Positions 27,306-37,500 of a stretch of DNA of 64,000 nucleotides are shown here, piece after piece. The stretch's first letter is position 1. The number at the start of each line of letters is the position of its first letter. Made by a program: the position numbers and the translations under genes. This stretch comes from a virus. The stretch is from positions 1-64,000 of IMG/VR virus record IMGVR_UViG_3300035670_000034. One strand, given 5' to 3'. The notes beneath the pieces were generated by a model, which saw nothing but the letters and a program-made list of their open reading frames with translations, did no database searches and had not been told where the DNA came from.

Positions 27306-29327
27306 ATGGCTTGGAACTCTTTTAAAAACAAATCTCTTGGAAATGGCGCGATTAAGGCGCTTGGCCCTGGCGCGCCCGTAAACCTGGACCCGGGCAGAGT
27401 TGGCAGGCCATACCACGACCTTTGGGACATAGAGCGGGCATATAGAGAGGGATTCCAAAAAATAACGTGGGTGCAACGCTGCATCGATGCAATTGCGGGC
27501 AATCAGGCCAGACTCTCAATCATTTTGAGAAAAGATAATTCCAGAGATGGTCAGGTACTTACGGGAAGAAGAGCGTTGCGCTCTCCGCTAATAGACATAT
27601 TCAACACAAAATCAAATGAAGCGGAAAATGCTTTTATTTTTAGATACAGACTCTCATCGCAGTTGTTGATGAGTTCTCGTGGGGCATTTATTGAAAAAGT
27701 AAAGGGGAAGGATGGTCGTTTAATCGGTTTGAGTCTTCTTCCGCCACAGTTTACGGCGCCAATACCACATGCAAAAACGTTTGTTTCTGGATACGAAGTT
27801 TCCATGCCAAATGGAGACAAAGTAATCATGAAGAAAGAAGATGTTCTTTGGATTAGGAGACCCCATCCGCTTGACCCATATCTATCTCTAACGCCAATGG
27901 AATCTGCTGGAATTGCGATAGAAATAGAAAACTTGGCAAAAGTTTATAACAGGAATTACTTAATCAATGATGGCCGACCTGGCGGAATTCTTGTCGTCAA
28001 GGGAGAAATTGACGACGACGACAAGGATGAACTCAGAAATAGGTTCAGGGGAAATATTGGTCGAGCAGGAAACACTACGGTCATTTCCTCCGACGAGGGT
28101 GTTGATTACGTCGATACTTCGGCAAATCCACGAGATGCCGCATACGTTCAAATGCGCCAAATTCAAAAAGAAGAAATTCTTGCCGCGTTCGGCGTTCCTG
28201 AATCAGTTATTGGAAATGCTTCTGGAAGAACGTTTGCAAATGCCGCAGAAGAGCATCGAGTGTTCTGGAATGAAACAATGCTTCCGCACCTCGACCTATT
28301 GGCCAGAGGTTTTGACGAACTAGACGATGTTAACTACGTTGATTTTGATATTTCAAACGTTCCTGTTTTGATTTTGTACAAACAGGAGCGGTCCAGATAC
28401 TTCATGGACGAAGTTCAAATGGGATTGATAAGCACAAATGAGTACAGAGAACTAACCAGCCGCAAAAAGGTTGAAAGCGACCTTGCTGACTCGCTTTTGA
28501 TGAACCCCAACCTGACACCAATTGCCAATACCGAAAAGAAAATGGAACAACAGCCTCAGGCCGGAATGCCGGGGATGCCTGGAATGCCTGGAGCGCCCGG
28601 AATGCCGCCCGGAGCACCAGGGGAGCAACCCGCAATGCCTGGAGCGCCAGATGCGCAGGGCAACATCCCAAGCCCACTCGACCCCAACACCATGGCTGGC
28701 TCTCTTGCCGCCCAGGGCGTTGCGCCAGGGGCGCAATTGCCCGATATGCCACCCCCACCACAAGAAATGCAAAATTCTGCACTACAGCCAGCACAGCAGG
28801 CATCTGCAGAATCAATTGACACCATTGAGGTCAAAGAGGACAATATTTCCCTGCAGAGGTGGTCCTCAATTCTCAGTAGAGCATTTGAGCGAGTTATTGA
28901 GCGCCAACAGCGCGTAACAATTGAAAAAATTAATGGGATTAGGTCGAAAAAAGCAATAGCAAATGGAAATTTTTCAGTTGAGTCGGTTTTCAACACGGAC
29001 ATCTGGGACAAACAGATGGAGGAAGACATTCGCCCTGTTCTCTCAACAATTATCAATGACGGTTTTGAAGTTTCAGAAAAATCACTTGATGCTTCTGACG
29101 CCATTGCCCATCTAAACGCACAAATTGAGCGGTTTAAACAAGTAAATGTCTCCACATTTTCTGCCCTAAATTCCGCTTACGTGTCAAGCCTGTCGGTAAA
29201 GGACGAAGACAATAGAAACATTCATTTCAAAGCGCACTGCGTGAGCATCTTCACAAACATACTGGCGAAGACGGTTAACGAAATGGCCATCACGGAAGCG
29301 CGACGCGCATGGGCATTTGCTAACTAA
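27306..29327 (+). CDS. Portal protein (HK97-type, 673 aa) with C-terminal extension
   Basis: WVQRCIDAIA, GLSLLPP, GLSP-like LSLTPMESA, NDGRPGGIL, EEILAAFGVP..IG and STNEYRE. Confidence 0.95.
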   Translation: MAWNSFKNKSLGNGAIKALGPGAPVNLDPGRVGRPYHDLWDIERAYREGFQKITWVQRCIDAIAGNQARLSIILRKDNSRDGQVLTGRRALRSPLIDIFNTKSNEAENAFIFRYRLSSQLLMSSRGAFIEKVKGKDGRLIGLSLLPPQFTAPIPHAKTFVSGYEVSMPNGDKVIMKKEDVLWIRRPHPLDPYLSLTPMESAGIAIEIENLAKVYNRNYLINDGRPGGILVVKGEIDDDDKDELRNRFRGNIGRAGNTTVISSDEGVDYVDTSANPRDAAYVQMRQIQKEEILAAFGVPESVIGNASGRTFANAAEEHRVFWNETMLPHLDLLARGFDELDDVNYVDFDISNVPVLILYKQERSRYFMDEVQMGLISTNEYRELTSRKKVESDLADSLLMNPNLTPIANTEKKMEQQPQAGMPGMPGMPGAPGMPPGAPGEQPAMPGAPDAQGNIPSPLDPNTMAGSLAAQGVAPGAQLPDMPPPPQEMQNSALQPAQQASAESIDTIEVKEDNISLQRWSSILSRAFERVIERQQRVTIEKINGIRSKKAIANGNFSVESVFNTDIWDKQMEEDIRPVLSTIINDGFEVSEKSLDASDAIAHLNAQIERFKQVNVSTFSALNSAYVSSLSVKDEDNRNIHFKAHCVSIFTNILAKTVNEMAITEARRAWAFAN

Positions 29328-29357
29328 TTTCTGTATTTAGATGCCAATTACAGAAAT
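29327..29357 (+). promoter_or_regulatory. Inverted repeat upstream of the protease gene
   Basis: ATTTCTGTA-N13-TACAGAAAT; the same octamer pair occurs upstream of the capsid gene. Confidence 0.35.
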
Positions 29358-29411
29358 ACTTTCACTGAGACAAACCGATATTCGTTTATCATTGCTAGGT
29401 CGTAAAGGAAT

Positions 29412-32400
29412 GTGATGCAGGACATTCAATTTAAAGCCGCTAGCGGTCAGTTCAACATTGACGAAGCACAGGGAATCGTTGAGTGCTTTGTGGCGGGCAT
29501 AGGCAACAAGGACTCTGTTGGCGACATTGTTGTTTCCGGCGCTTTTGCCAAGAGCCTTATGAGGCGAAAGCCAAGAGTTGTTTGGGGCCACAATTGGAAT
29601 GACCCAATTGGCAAAGTTTTGGAAATCTACGAAGTTCCGGCAAATGACCCAAGACTTCCTGCAAAAATGAAAGCAGCCGGAATTGGCGGTCTGTACGCAA
29701 AAGTTCAGTTTAACTTGAATTCCGAAAAGGGCAAAGAAGCGTTTACGAATGTTGCCTTTTTTGGCGAAGAGCAAGAGTGGTCAATTGGATACAAAACACT
29801 CGATGCAATTTACGACAACTCCAAACAAGCCAATATTTTGCGAGAAGTTGAACTCTACGAGTTGAGCCCTGTGTTGCACGGAGCGAATCAATTGACTGGA
29901 ACTATTTCTGTTAAGAGCGAAGAAAAGGGACACGGCATGTCACCCATGGGGGTGATTATGCTCGAAGAAAAGCCCAAGCAACCGCAAGACCCATTTTTGC
30001 AAGGTGTTGCGCAACCACTTGAGGGCGACAGGCTTGTGGCGCTGCAGAACGAACTTGCATCGCGAACTGGCGGCCCTGTCAAGGTAATGAAGGCGACTGA
30101 AAGTTCTGTTACGTTCCTCAAGCCTGGCAAGGGAATGTTCAGGCTTGGATATTATTTTGACGGCGAACAATACATGTTTGGCAAACCAGAAAAAATTGGA
30201 ATGCCGATGATGATTAACAAGCCGATGCCACCAATGCAGCGCCCTGGCGCTGGCCCCAAACCAATGCCGAGAATTCCCAATTTCCCCGGCGTCACCCAAA
30301 AGCCGTATTCCGCTCAAGAACCGGCAGTGCCAGTTAAGTATGGCGATTCTGATATTCAAAGTGGATTGTTCGATTCATCAAAATCAGAAAATGATGAGTT
30401 TGTTGGAAAACTTAAAGGAATAATTTCCTCTCTTCAGGAAATTGTTGGAGACGACACCGAAGAGAAAAGTGCCTGGGTTATCCCGTGCAGCATAGAGAAT
30501 GCATTTGAAACTAAGCAAGCCCTAGACCCAGTTTTTGATTATCACAGAATAGAAACGTTCGTTACCGAGGAAGGCATAGTTATTGCATCCCCGCTTGACT
30601 ATGAGGCCTATGAGGCGGTGGAAACTGCCACCAAGGGACTTGCGGGGAGAATTGGTCGCGGGCTCACTCCCGGTGGTGGGGGAAAAGTTAGGCGCGGCAG
30701 GGCCGCGCTAGCCAGAATAGAGGGGGTTCTTGACCCAAGAAAAAGACGTGACGTTGACGGCGACGGAATGATTTTTGATGGCACTTGGATGGAGCAGCCA
30801 GACCCAACGAGATTTGCTGAGCCTGAGCGTGGCGCACTTTCTCCAAGAAGAGGTCGCGGACTTGCCTCCAGCACAGATGATGAGCGACTATACATTCCCA
30901 CAGAAAAACCAGAAACACCCAAAAAAGAAAAAAGAAAAGCAACAGACGAACAAAAGAAGAATAAAAGACGTGCTGGCGGTGGAACGCCGTGGTACATAAT
31001 TGAAAAACAAAAAAACAATAGAGATATTGTTCCTTTCATTATCCCGCGATACTTTAAGCCTCGCCTTGACAGAATGATTGACGACTTCCTGGACACAGAC
31101 GAAGGCAAAGCATTGCCAGAAGACCACATATTGCGAAGAGTTGGAAAAGCAATAAAGACAGCAAAGCGTTATCAGGAACTACAGCCGGAAATTAACGAAT
31201 TTGGTCAGGAAACTGGCTTTACCAGACCAAAGCAAACTTCCGATTTCCTGCCCGATATTGATGAAAAAATGCTAAAAGAACTCCAAGATGTCTGGCCGCA
31301 AATTAGTGATGGACTTGCAAAAACAGGTGGCCATAGGACCAACGAAAAAGGCAATCAAGAAAAGGGTCAAACTGCGTTTGATGCACTTAGTTCACTTATC
31401 AAAAATGGTTCTTGGTCTCGTGTTAATAAACAAACTTCTGGATATATGTCAGAAGAACAGGGTAGGCAAGCAGACGAAGCGTTTGATGATTCTTCGATTC
31501 TTGCCGGAGTAGTTCGCAGGGGGGAAAGAGTTAGAAAGGCTCGCAACGAGGCCGACAAGAGGGGGCAACGATTCCAGCGCGGCGTTGATACGCGAGCCGG
31601 ACAAAGAAGAGCAGATACTGGAAAGAAACGCGTAATTAAAAAAGTTTGGCCTGGGGATTTCCAACACGCGCCATTTGAGTTTCCAACAATAAAGGGCGAA
31701 CAAACAATCTCTTATGAAAAAGTAATTGATGGCAAAAAAGTAGATTTGTTGAAACCCTACATCGATGCTGGGCTTTTCCCAGAAAATTGGAAAACAATGA
31801 GCACTGAAGAGAAGTTTGCTTGGTTTAATGAAAATCAAAAAAAACTTGAAAGCATAAAAGAAACTAGAACAAGTCCACGGTGGAGAAATACAATTGCAAA
31901 ATTAAACGACTTTCTGCTGGAAGAAACCATGAAGGAAGACGAAAAAAGGGAGCGCGCGCTCAGACTTACGGAACTAAGAGATAAGCCAAAGCCCGCTGCC
32001 GAGGCCCCCAAAGCACCCGCTCCGAAGGCACCAGAAAAGCCAAAACCGCAAAAGCCTGCATCAGCGCCAACCGACGGGCCGGACAGGGTGACTTCCCAAA
32101 CCAAGAAAAAGATAAGAGCATGGGCAGACACAATCGCAGAGGCTGTCAACTCATCGGGCGTTGATGGTGACTTTGCTGATACCGCATACGACGGAGCGGA
32201 ACGGGTTTTTTCAATTGCGTTTCCCGATGATTCAACGCCACTAACAAGAGAACTTGTTGACGATGCCCAGGAAGAACTTGACAATGTTATTGCAGAACTC
32301 GGCAGCATCGCAAAAGAAAGAAAACTCACGAAACGTGAGAAGTCAACTCTTCAATTCATGTTCCAGGCAAGAAAATTCCTGGACGAACCATTTGGTGACA

Positions 32401-33089
32401 GAGAAAATACAGAAGCAGAACTAAGGGGCGACGAGGCTGGCGAAGCCCTTGCTAGGCGTGGCAGACAAGTTTCAAGACTTGGACTTGACGATGACGATGA
32501 AGAGGTTCTTGGTGGCGCAGACCTAGGAGATATATACGACAACGACGAAAGAAACCCAGGGGATTGGGACGACAATGACGGTGGCGGACTATCCAGCAGT
32601 ACTGTAAACAACATTGTTGGTCTGCGTTCATCTACAAGAAAAGCGCGTTCGTTCCAATCAGCAAACCAAAGAAAACGCGAAGGCCGTTCCGGGCTTGCGT
32701 CGTCCTCAAAGAGTCCAAGAACAGAAATAACCAAAGAATCAACTTGGTGGAAGAGAGTCGATGAATCTCTTCCAAAAGAAATACGAAGTGCTGACTCAGA
32801 AGCAATTAAGCAAGGCTTGACAATACTTCAACAAAAAATATCGAAATATGAAGCAGGCTCGTTTAGGCCAAATTCCAAGAGAACAAATGTCGGTTCAATA
32901 AAAATTACTGCCGACGAAGCCGACAAAATCCTTGATGCGGTCATGTCGGTAATCGACAGACAAAAAACTGCCGGAAGGGACGGCGGCGTTGGAAGTAGAG
33001 GAGAAATATTTGCAGAACTACTTGAGGCAGTTGCATCTTCCGCAATGTCAACGTTTGTTGATAAAACATCAAAACCAGCAGATGATTGA
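29412..33089 (+). CDS. HK97-family prohead protease with about 1050-aa C-terminal extension (1225 aa)
   Basis: GNKDSVGDIV..GAF, catalytic-region motifs VWGHNW, EWSIGY and LREVELYELSPV..GAN. The C-terminal extension contains a DxDGDG module and four GLxSS motifs. Confidence 0.9.
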   Translation: MMQDIQFKAASGQFNIDEAQGIVECFVAGIGNKDSVGDIVVSGAFAKSLMRRKPRVVWGHNWNDPIGKVLEIYEVPANDPRLPAKMKAAGIGGLYAKVQFNLNSEKGKEAFTNVAFFGEEQEWSIGYKTLDAIYDNSKQANILREVELYELSPVLHGANQLTGTISVKSEEKGHGMSPMGVIMLEEKPKQPQDPFLQGVAQPLEGDRLVALQNELASRTGGPVKVMKATESSVTFLKPGKGMFRLGYYFDGEQYMFGKPEKIGMPMMINKPMPPMQRPGAGPKPMPRIPNFPGVTQKPYSAQEPAVPVKYGDSDIQSGLFDSSKSENDEFVGKLKGIISSLQEIVGDDTEEKSAWVIPCSIENAFETKQALDPVFDYHRIETFVTEEGIVIASPLDYEAYEAVETATKGLAGRIGRGLTPGGGGKVRRGRAALARIEGVLDPRKRRDVDGDGMIFDGTWMEQPDPTRFAEPERGALSPRRGRGLASSTDDERLYIPTEKPETPKKEKRKATDEQKKNKRRAGGGTPWYIIEKQKNNRDIVPFIIPRYFKPRLDRMIDDFLDTDEGKALPEDHILRRVGKAIKTAKRYQELQPEINEFGQETGFTRPKQTSDFLPDIDEKMLKELQDVWPQISDGLAKTGGHRTNEKGNQEKGQTAFDALSSLIKNGSWSRVNKQTSGYMSEEQGRQADEAFDDSSILAGVVRRGERVRKARNEADKRGQRFQRGVDTRAGQRRADTGKKRVIKKVWPGDFQHAPFEFPTIKGEQTISYEKVIDGKKVDLLKPYIDAGLFPENWKTMSTEEKFAWFNENQKKLESIKETRTSPRWRNTIAKLNDFLLEETMKEDEKRERALRLTELRDKPKPAAEAPKAPAPKAPEKPKPQKPASAPTDGPDRVTSQTKKKIRAWADTIAEAVNSSGVDGDFADTAYDGAERVFSIAFPDDSTPLTRELVDDAQEELDNVIAELGSIAKERKLTKREKSTLQFMFQARKFLDEPFGDRENTEAELRGDEAGEALARRGRQVSRLGLDDDDEEVLGGADLGDIYDNDERNPGDWDDNDGGGLSSSTVNNIVGLRSSTRKARSFQSANQRKREGRSGLASSSKSPRTEITKESTWWKRVDESLPKEIRSADSEAIKQGLTILQQKISKYEAGSFRPNSKRTNVGSIKITADEADKILDAVMSVIDRQKTAGRDGGVGSRGEIFAELLEAVASSAMSTFVDKTSKPADD

Positions 33090-33226
33090 TGTTCAACTAC
33101 CAGAATTGCAATAATTCACGACAGAAATAATTTGGGTGAAGTATAATTTGTGAAAACGAATCTTTACACAGCGAGTCGACACGGCGCATGCTAATGTCGT
33201 CACGTCGATAACAAGGAGCCGAAACA

Positions 33227-34582
33227 ATGGAATACGACAAGAACGCAGTTGTCAAGTTGGATACCGATGGTTCGGTGTTGAAGTGTGCGAAGGGCGCCGA
33301 TGCTGGCTCCTGTGGATACACACCAGGCGCAAAGGTGTGCGCAAAGTGTGGCGCTATTCCGCTTCAAATGAAGGCGATGCCCATGTCGGATGAAGAGGAA
33401 ATGGACGACCAGGAAGAAATGGTTGATGCAGAGGAAGAAACCGAAAAGGGCTGGAGCAAAAAGAAGAAGCCCATGAAAATGAAGGCTGCTCCAGATGACA
33501 TGGACGACGAAGATGAAGACGAGGAAGACGTTGACATGGAGGCAGGCGACTCCGAAGAGGAAGACTCGGATGAGGAAGACGTTGACGTGGAGGCAGACGA
33601 CGAAGAGGAAGACGAAGAGGCTGACTCCGAAATGGAGCAAATGAAGTCAAGACGCCTTCGCACCATGGGCTACAAGAGCGCCGATGTTGGCGCAAGAGGC
33701 TATCTTTGCGCAATTGACCGCAAGGTTTACCCAGGTGGACAGCCAGTATGTGATGACTGTGTTGGCGGATGCATGGCAGAAAAGGGAATGCCAGGACTGC
33801 TTCATGTAGAAGGACTTGCAGAAGACATGTTTGACGGAAAGGTTCTTGACTCTGGCTATTCGGCGGAGGCAGACATGTTCGTTGTTGATGTCGAGGCCAA
33901 GGATGGTCGACCGGTGGAAGTCTTCATTGACGGCACTTCGGCAGAAGTTCTCGGTTGGCACAAACTTGATAACAATGCTTTTGAGCAGAAATCACTTGTT
34001 GATGAAATGATGCTCATCGACTTTAACGATGCTGCAGACATTGCAACCAAGTCAATCCAGGGCCATGTTGTGGCAGTGGAGCCAGATGTCTTCGAGGGAT
34101 ACGACGCATACGCGGTTGAAATTGACGGCATCGACGGCAAGTCGTATGACGTCTTTGTTTCGCTTGACGGCGAAGTTCTTGGCTACGACAAGTACGAAGA
34201 GGAAGATGCGCAGGCGATTGAAGCCGAGGCTGCAGAAATTGCCCTCAAGCGCGCATTTACGCCAGAGCAGAGAGAAAGAATGGCCGAGGAGGGAACAGCA
34301 CTCCCAGATGGCTCATTCCCAATCGGAAACAAGGAAGACCTTGGAAACGCGATTCAGGCATTTGGCCGAGCAAAGGATAAGTCGGCAGCAAAGCGTCACA
34401 TCATGAAGCGCGCAAAGGCACTTGGTGCTGAGGCGATGATTCCGGCAAATTGGATTGCTGGGAATAAGTCAGCCGATGACACTGGGTCAACAACCCTTGA
34501 TGACAACTTTATGTCTCAGTTGCTGGAGTTCGAACTGCTCAGCACAGAGGTTGAAGAACAAAATAAAACACCAGAGTCGTGA
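33227..34582 (+). CDS. Acidic head-module protein (451 aa), scaffold-like
   Basis: SD AAGGAG; Cys-rich N-terminus; D/E tract; two similar beta modules; C-terminal ERMAEEGTALPDGSFPI.N..DL.NAIQAFGRA domain common in phage head modules. Confidence 0.7.
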   Translation: MEYDKNAVVKLDTDGSVLKCAKGADAGSCGYTPGAKVCAKCGAIPLQMKAMPMSDEEEMDDQEEMVDAEEETEKGWSKKKKPMKMKAAPDDMDDEDEDEEDVDMEAGDSEEEDSDEEDVDVEADDEEEDEEADSEMEQMKSRRLRTMGYKSADVGARGYLCAIDRKVYPGGQPVCDDCVGGCMAEKGMPGLLHVEGLAEDMFDGKVLDSGYSAEADMFVVDVEAKDGRPVEVFIDGTSAEVLGWHKLDNNAFEQKSLVDEMMLIDFNDAADIATKSIQGHVVAVEPDVFEGYDAYAVEIDGIDGKSYDVFVSLDGEVLGYDKYEEEDAQAIEAEAAEIALKRAFTPEQRERMAEEGTALPDGSFPIGNKEDLGNAIQAFGRAKDKSAAKRHIMKRAKALGAEAMIPANWIAGNKSADDTGSTTLDDNFMSQLLEFELLSTEVEEQNKTPES

Positions 34583-34599
34583 CCGACTACTAGAAAAAG

Positions 34600-37500
34600 G
34601 TGCCTGCCATGCAGGAACATAGGCTAGTTGTATCCCGAACTATCACGAGTGGCAGATTTTCTCCAGTAATAGAAAAATCAATTCGTGAACGCATTGAGGA
34701 CTTTGCTGAAGTTCGCCAACTATTAAGTCTTTATCCATTTTCCGCTGACTATGCAGTGAAGGCGGCAATGGGCGGCTCAAAGAGAACCGGCGGAGCGAGA
34801 AACCCGGCAGCAGATAATAAGGCAAAGCGTCAGAAAGAACTTAATTTTCGTCGACTGGGGACTTATTGTTTTGACCCAAAAGCAACAAGGAAGCCGAATC
34901 AATACTTTGAAACAAAACCGCGTTTCAATCTTGATGGGCAAATGGGTGATGTCGCGAATGTTGGGTGGCTAGATGTACCAAAAGCAGTTGAGCCAGAAAA
35001 TCTAGTCAAAAGAGCAAATGAGTTTTACGCATCTCAGGCGGGCAAACCAAAAATAATTGCGCGTGCAGCAAAAATAAACAAACGAACAGGACAACTTGAA
35101 GCAAAAGCCCTTGGGCAGCCAATTGGCCGGGTAGCAGGAAACATCGGTCAGGCCGCAGCAAGGGCAATAGGAATTGTCCTGGACCCAAGCGGAAGAATGC
35201 GTTGCCCGCCTGGTGTGCCTGCCGCAAATCAATTTACTGATGAAATTGGAAGTAACTGCTTTGACTTTACGCCCGCAATTGGTAGGGCAGTTATGAATAT
35301 TGTTCGCAGAGCAACCCAATCAATAATTGACGATGTCAACAAGATTGACGGTGCTTTGCCGATAGTCAGAAATGAAGATGGAAGCATTTCTGAAGTTTCA
35401 GCAGAAACTGCATCATTGATTCGCGGTGGACTACGAAGTTCAACTGGAACCATAAGGGGACCACGCGGAGAATTGCTTGGACCCGACGGCATGCCCATAA
35501 GAAGACCAGAGCCGCCTGCACTCCCAGACGTCACCCCAGAGTTTGATAGAGATGTTGCCGATATAGCATCACGCTCTAGAGCAATACCACCAGAAGAGTA
35601 TGAAGAAGTTTTTGAAGGAATGATTAGGCGCGCCTATCCGGAACTTTCACTTAGCGAAGTTAAAAGATTGGCAAAACAGGCTGTCCGAAGACAAAGAATG
35701 AAGGACAAGCAAAGAGCAGATGTAAAAGAGGTTCTTGATTTTGCCAGCAGTCTCGGCATAGAGATAGACCCAACCGACCCCAACTCGGTTCAAGATGGGC
35801 TAGCAAAAGTTCTCAACGCCCTAAAACAACCAGAAAATGGCGCCTGGGACATCAATCTCAAGTCATATTTTGGAAATAGATTTGGGTCGGGCGACATGTC
35901 GGTGGCCATGCTTGAACACAGGGCAAGACAACTTGAATCGATAATTAACTATGCAATTACAAATCCAGCAGCATTTGGTATGGATTCAGAGGAATTTAAA
36001 TCACTTATTGTCTCAAGGTTCGGTGGAAGTCCACAACGCCTTCATGACGGAATGCTTGAAGTTCTCACGGGAATAAAAAGCATTGAAGAAGTCTTTGGCT
36101 CGGAACCAAGAGCAAGAAGTCTTTTTGCTTCAATTGTTAAAAAGCATAATCAAATGCGAATGCAAGAGGCCGGATTGCTGATTGGTTTAATAAATCAACG
36201 TCGTCGAAATCCGGAACTCACAAAAGACATGCACACACTAAGCATTCTTGACCCGTTTGATAGACGTGGGGAAATGAGCGACGCAATAACTTATGTGGAC
36301 CCTAGAAAAAATGGATACGGGATGCATTTAAACCCGCTTGCAACGGTGATGCAAAGTGATGAGTTCATGGGCGGACCTACACCTGACTACATTCTTTTTG
36401 AACCAGATGGCGCAGCGGGAACGGAAGTGGCAAAACTTGCCGCAATTACGTCCTCCCTTGATGCACATGGAGCGGCAAGAGCAAAACAAGCATATTTGTC
36501 GGAATTGCAAAATATTGATGTGTACCAAGAGTCAGTGGGAAGGGGTGACGGCTGGCAACAGTTTGACTTATTGCAAAACCTCGGTCAGGCCGGCTCAGGA
36601 ATGTACATTATGGCCCACGAAATGGTGCATGGAAGACAGTTGATGCTAATTCAAAAGTATCTAAAGTCCATACCTGGCCTTACGGATTCAATGACAAACG
36701 AAGACATAATTCAGTTGTCCCAAGACCTGCTTGCTGGGGACCGTAAATTTCCAAGCGTTTTTGGTCATGATTGGGATTACTCATCAATAATCTCAAATAA
36801 AGATTGGCTTCCATCGGCAGTAGAAAACATGCCAGAAATTATTCAAATATTACTCCGGAAAAATGCCGGCGGTAAGTATGCAATGAATCAATATTGGCAC
36901 GCAGCGTTTACTGACCCATTTTTGAGCGCGAAATCGACAGACGAACTATATCTACATTTGAATAATTTACGTCAAAAAATGGAGACGATGGACCCAAACT
37001 CAACCCAATTCGAACAAGCATTATTGGTTTTCAATGAAATGGCGCAAATATACAATTCTGGGGACATGGGAAAGATGCAAGCGGCGTTTGCATCACATAA
37101 ACAAAAATCAGCGCTTGTGTTTGCCGAAATGCAAGCAGAATTAATGGCTGGCATTGAGTCTGGGTTGATTGAAATGACGCCTGAAATAGAAGCATTTTTG
37201 GGTCCGCTCGCACCAGGTAGGGATATCCCATCAGATTTTGGAATAGTGAATCCAGACGCAAAACCAGTTGTGGCAGTAACAAGGGAAAGCATAAAAGAGG
37301 GAATCAAGAACACAATAAGTATCCGCAAAAACATTGAAAGAGGAAAACGCAAACTTCGCGAAAGAATGGCGATGAATGATTTGCCGGACTCAATCCCAGG
37401 ACTTGGAAGTGATACCACTGGTGATTCGCGCAGAATATTCGACGCACTATCTGGAGTTGCGTCAAGAACGGATATGTCAAAGCGTGGATTCTTGGTGAGA

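Noticed and set aside
33480-33640. GAA/GAC/GAG-rich repeats as a CRISPR or iteron array
   Set aside because: In-frame coding of an acidic tract; no unique spacers.
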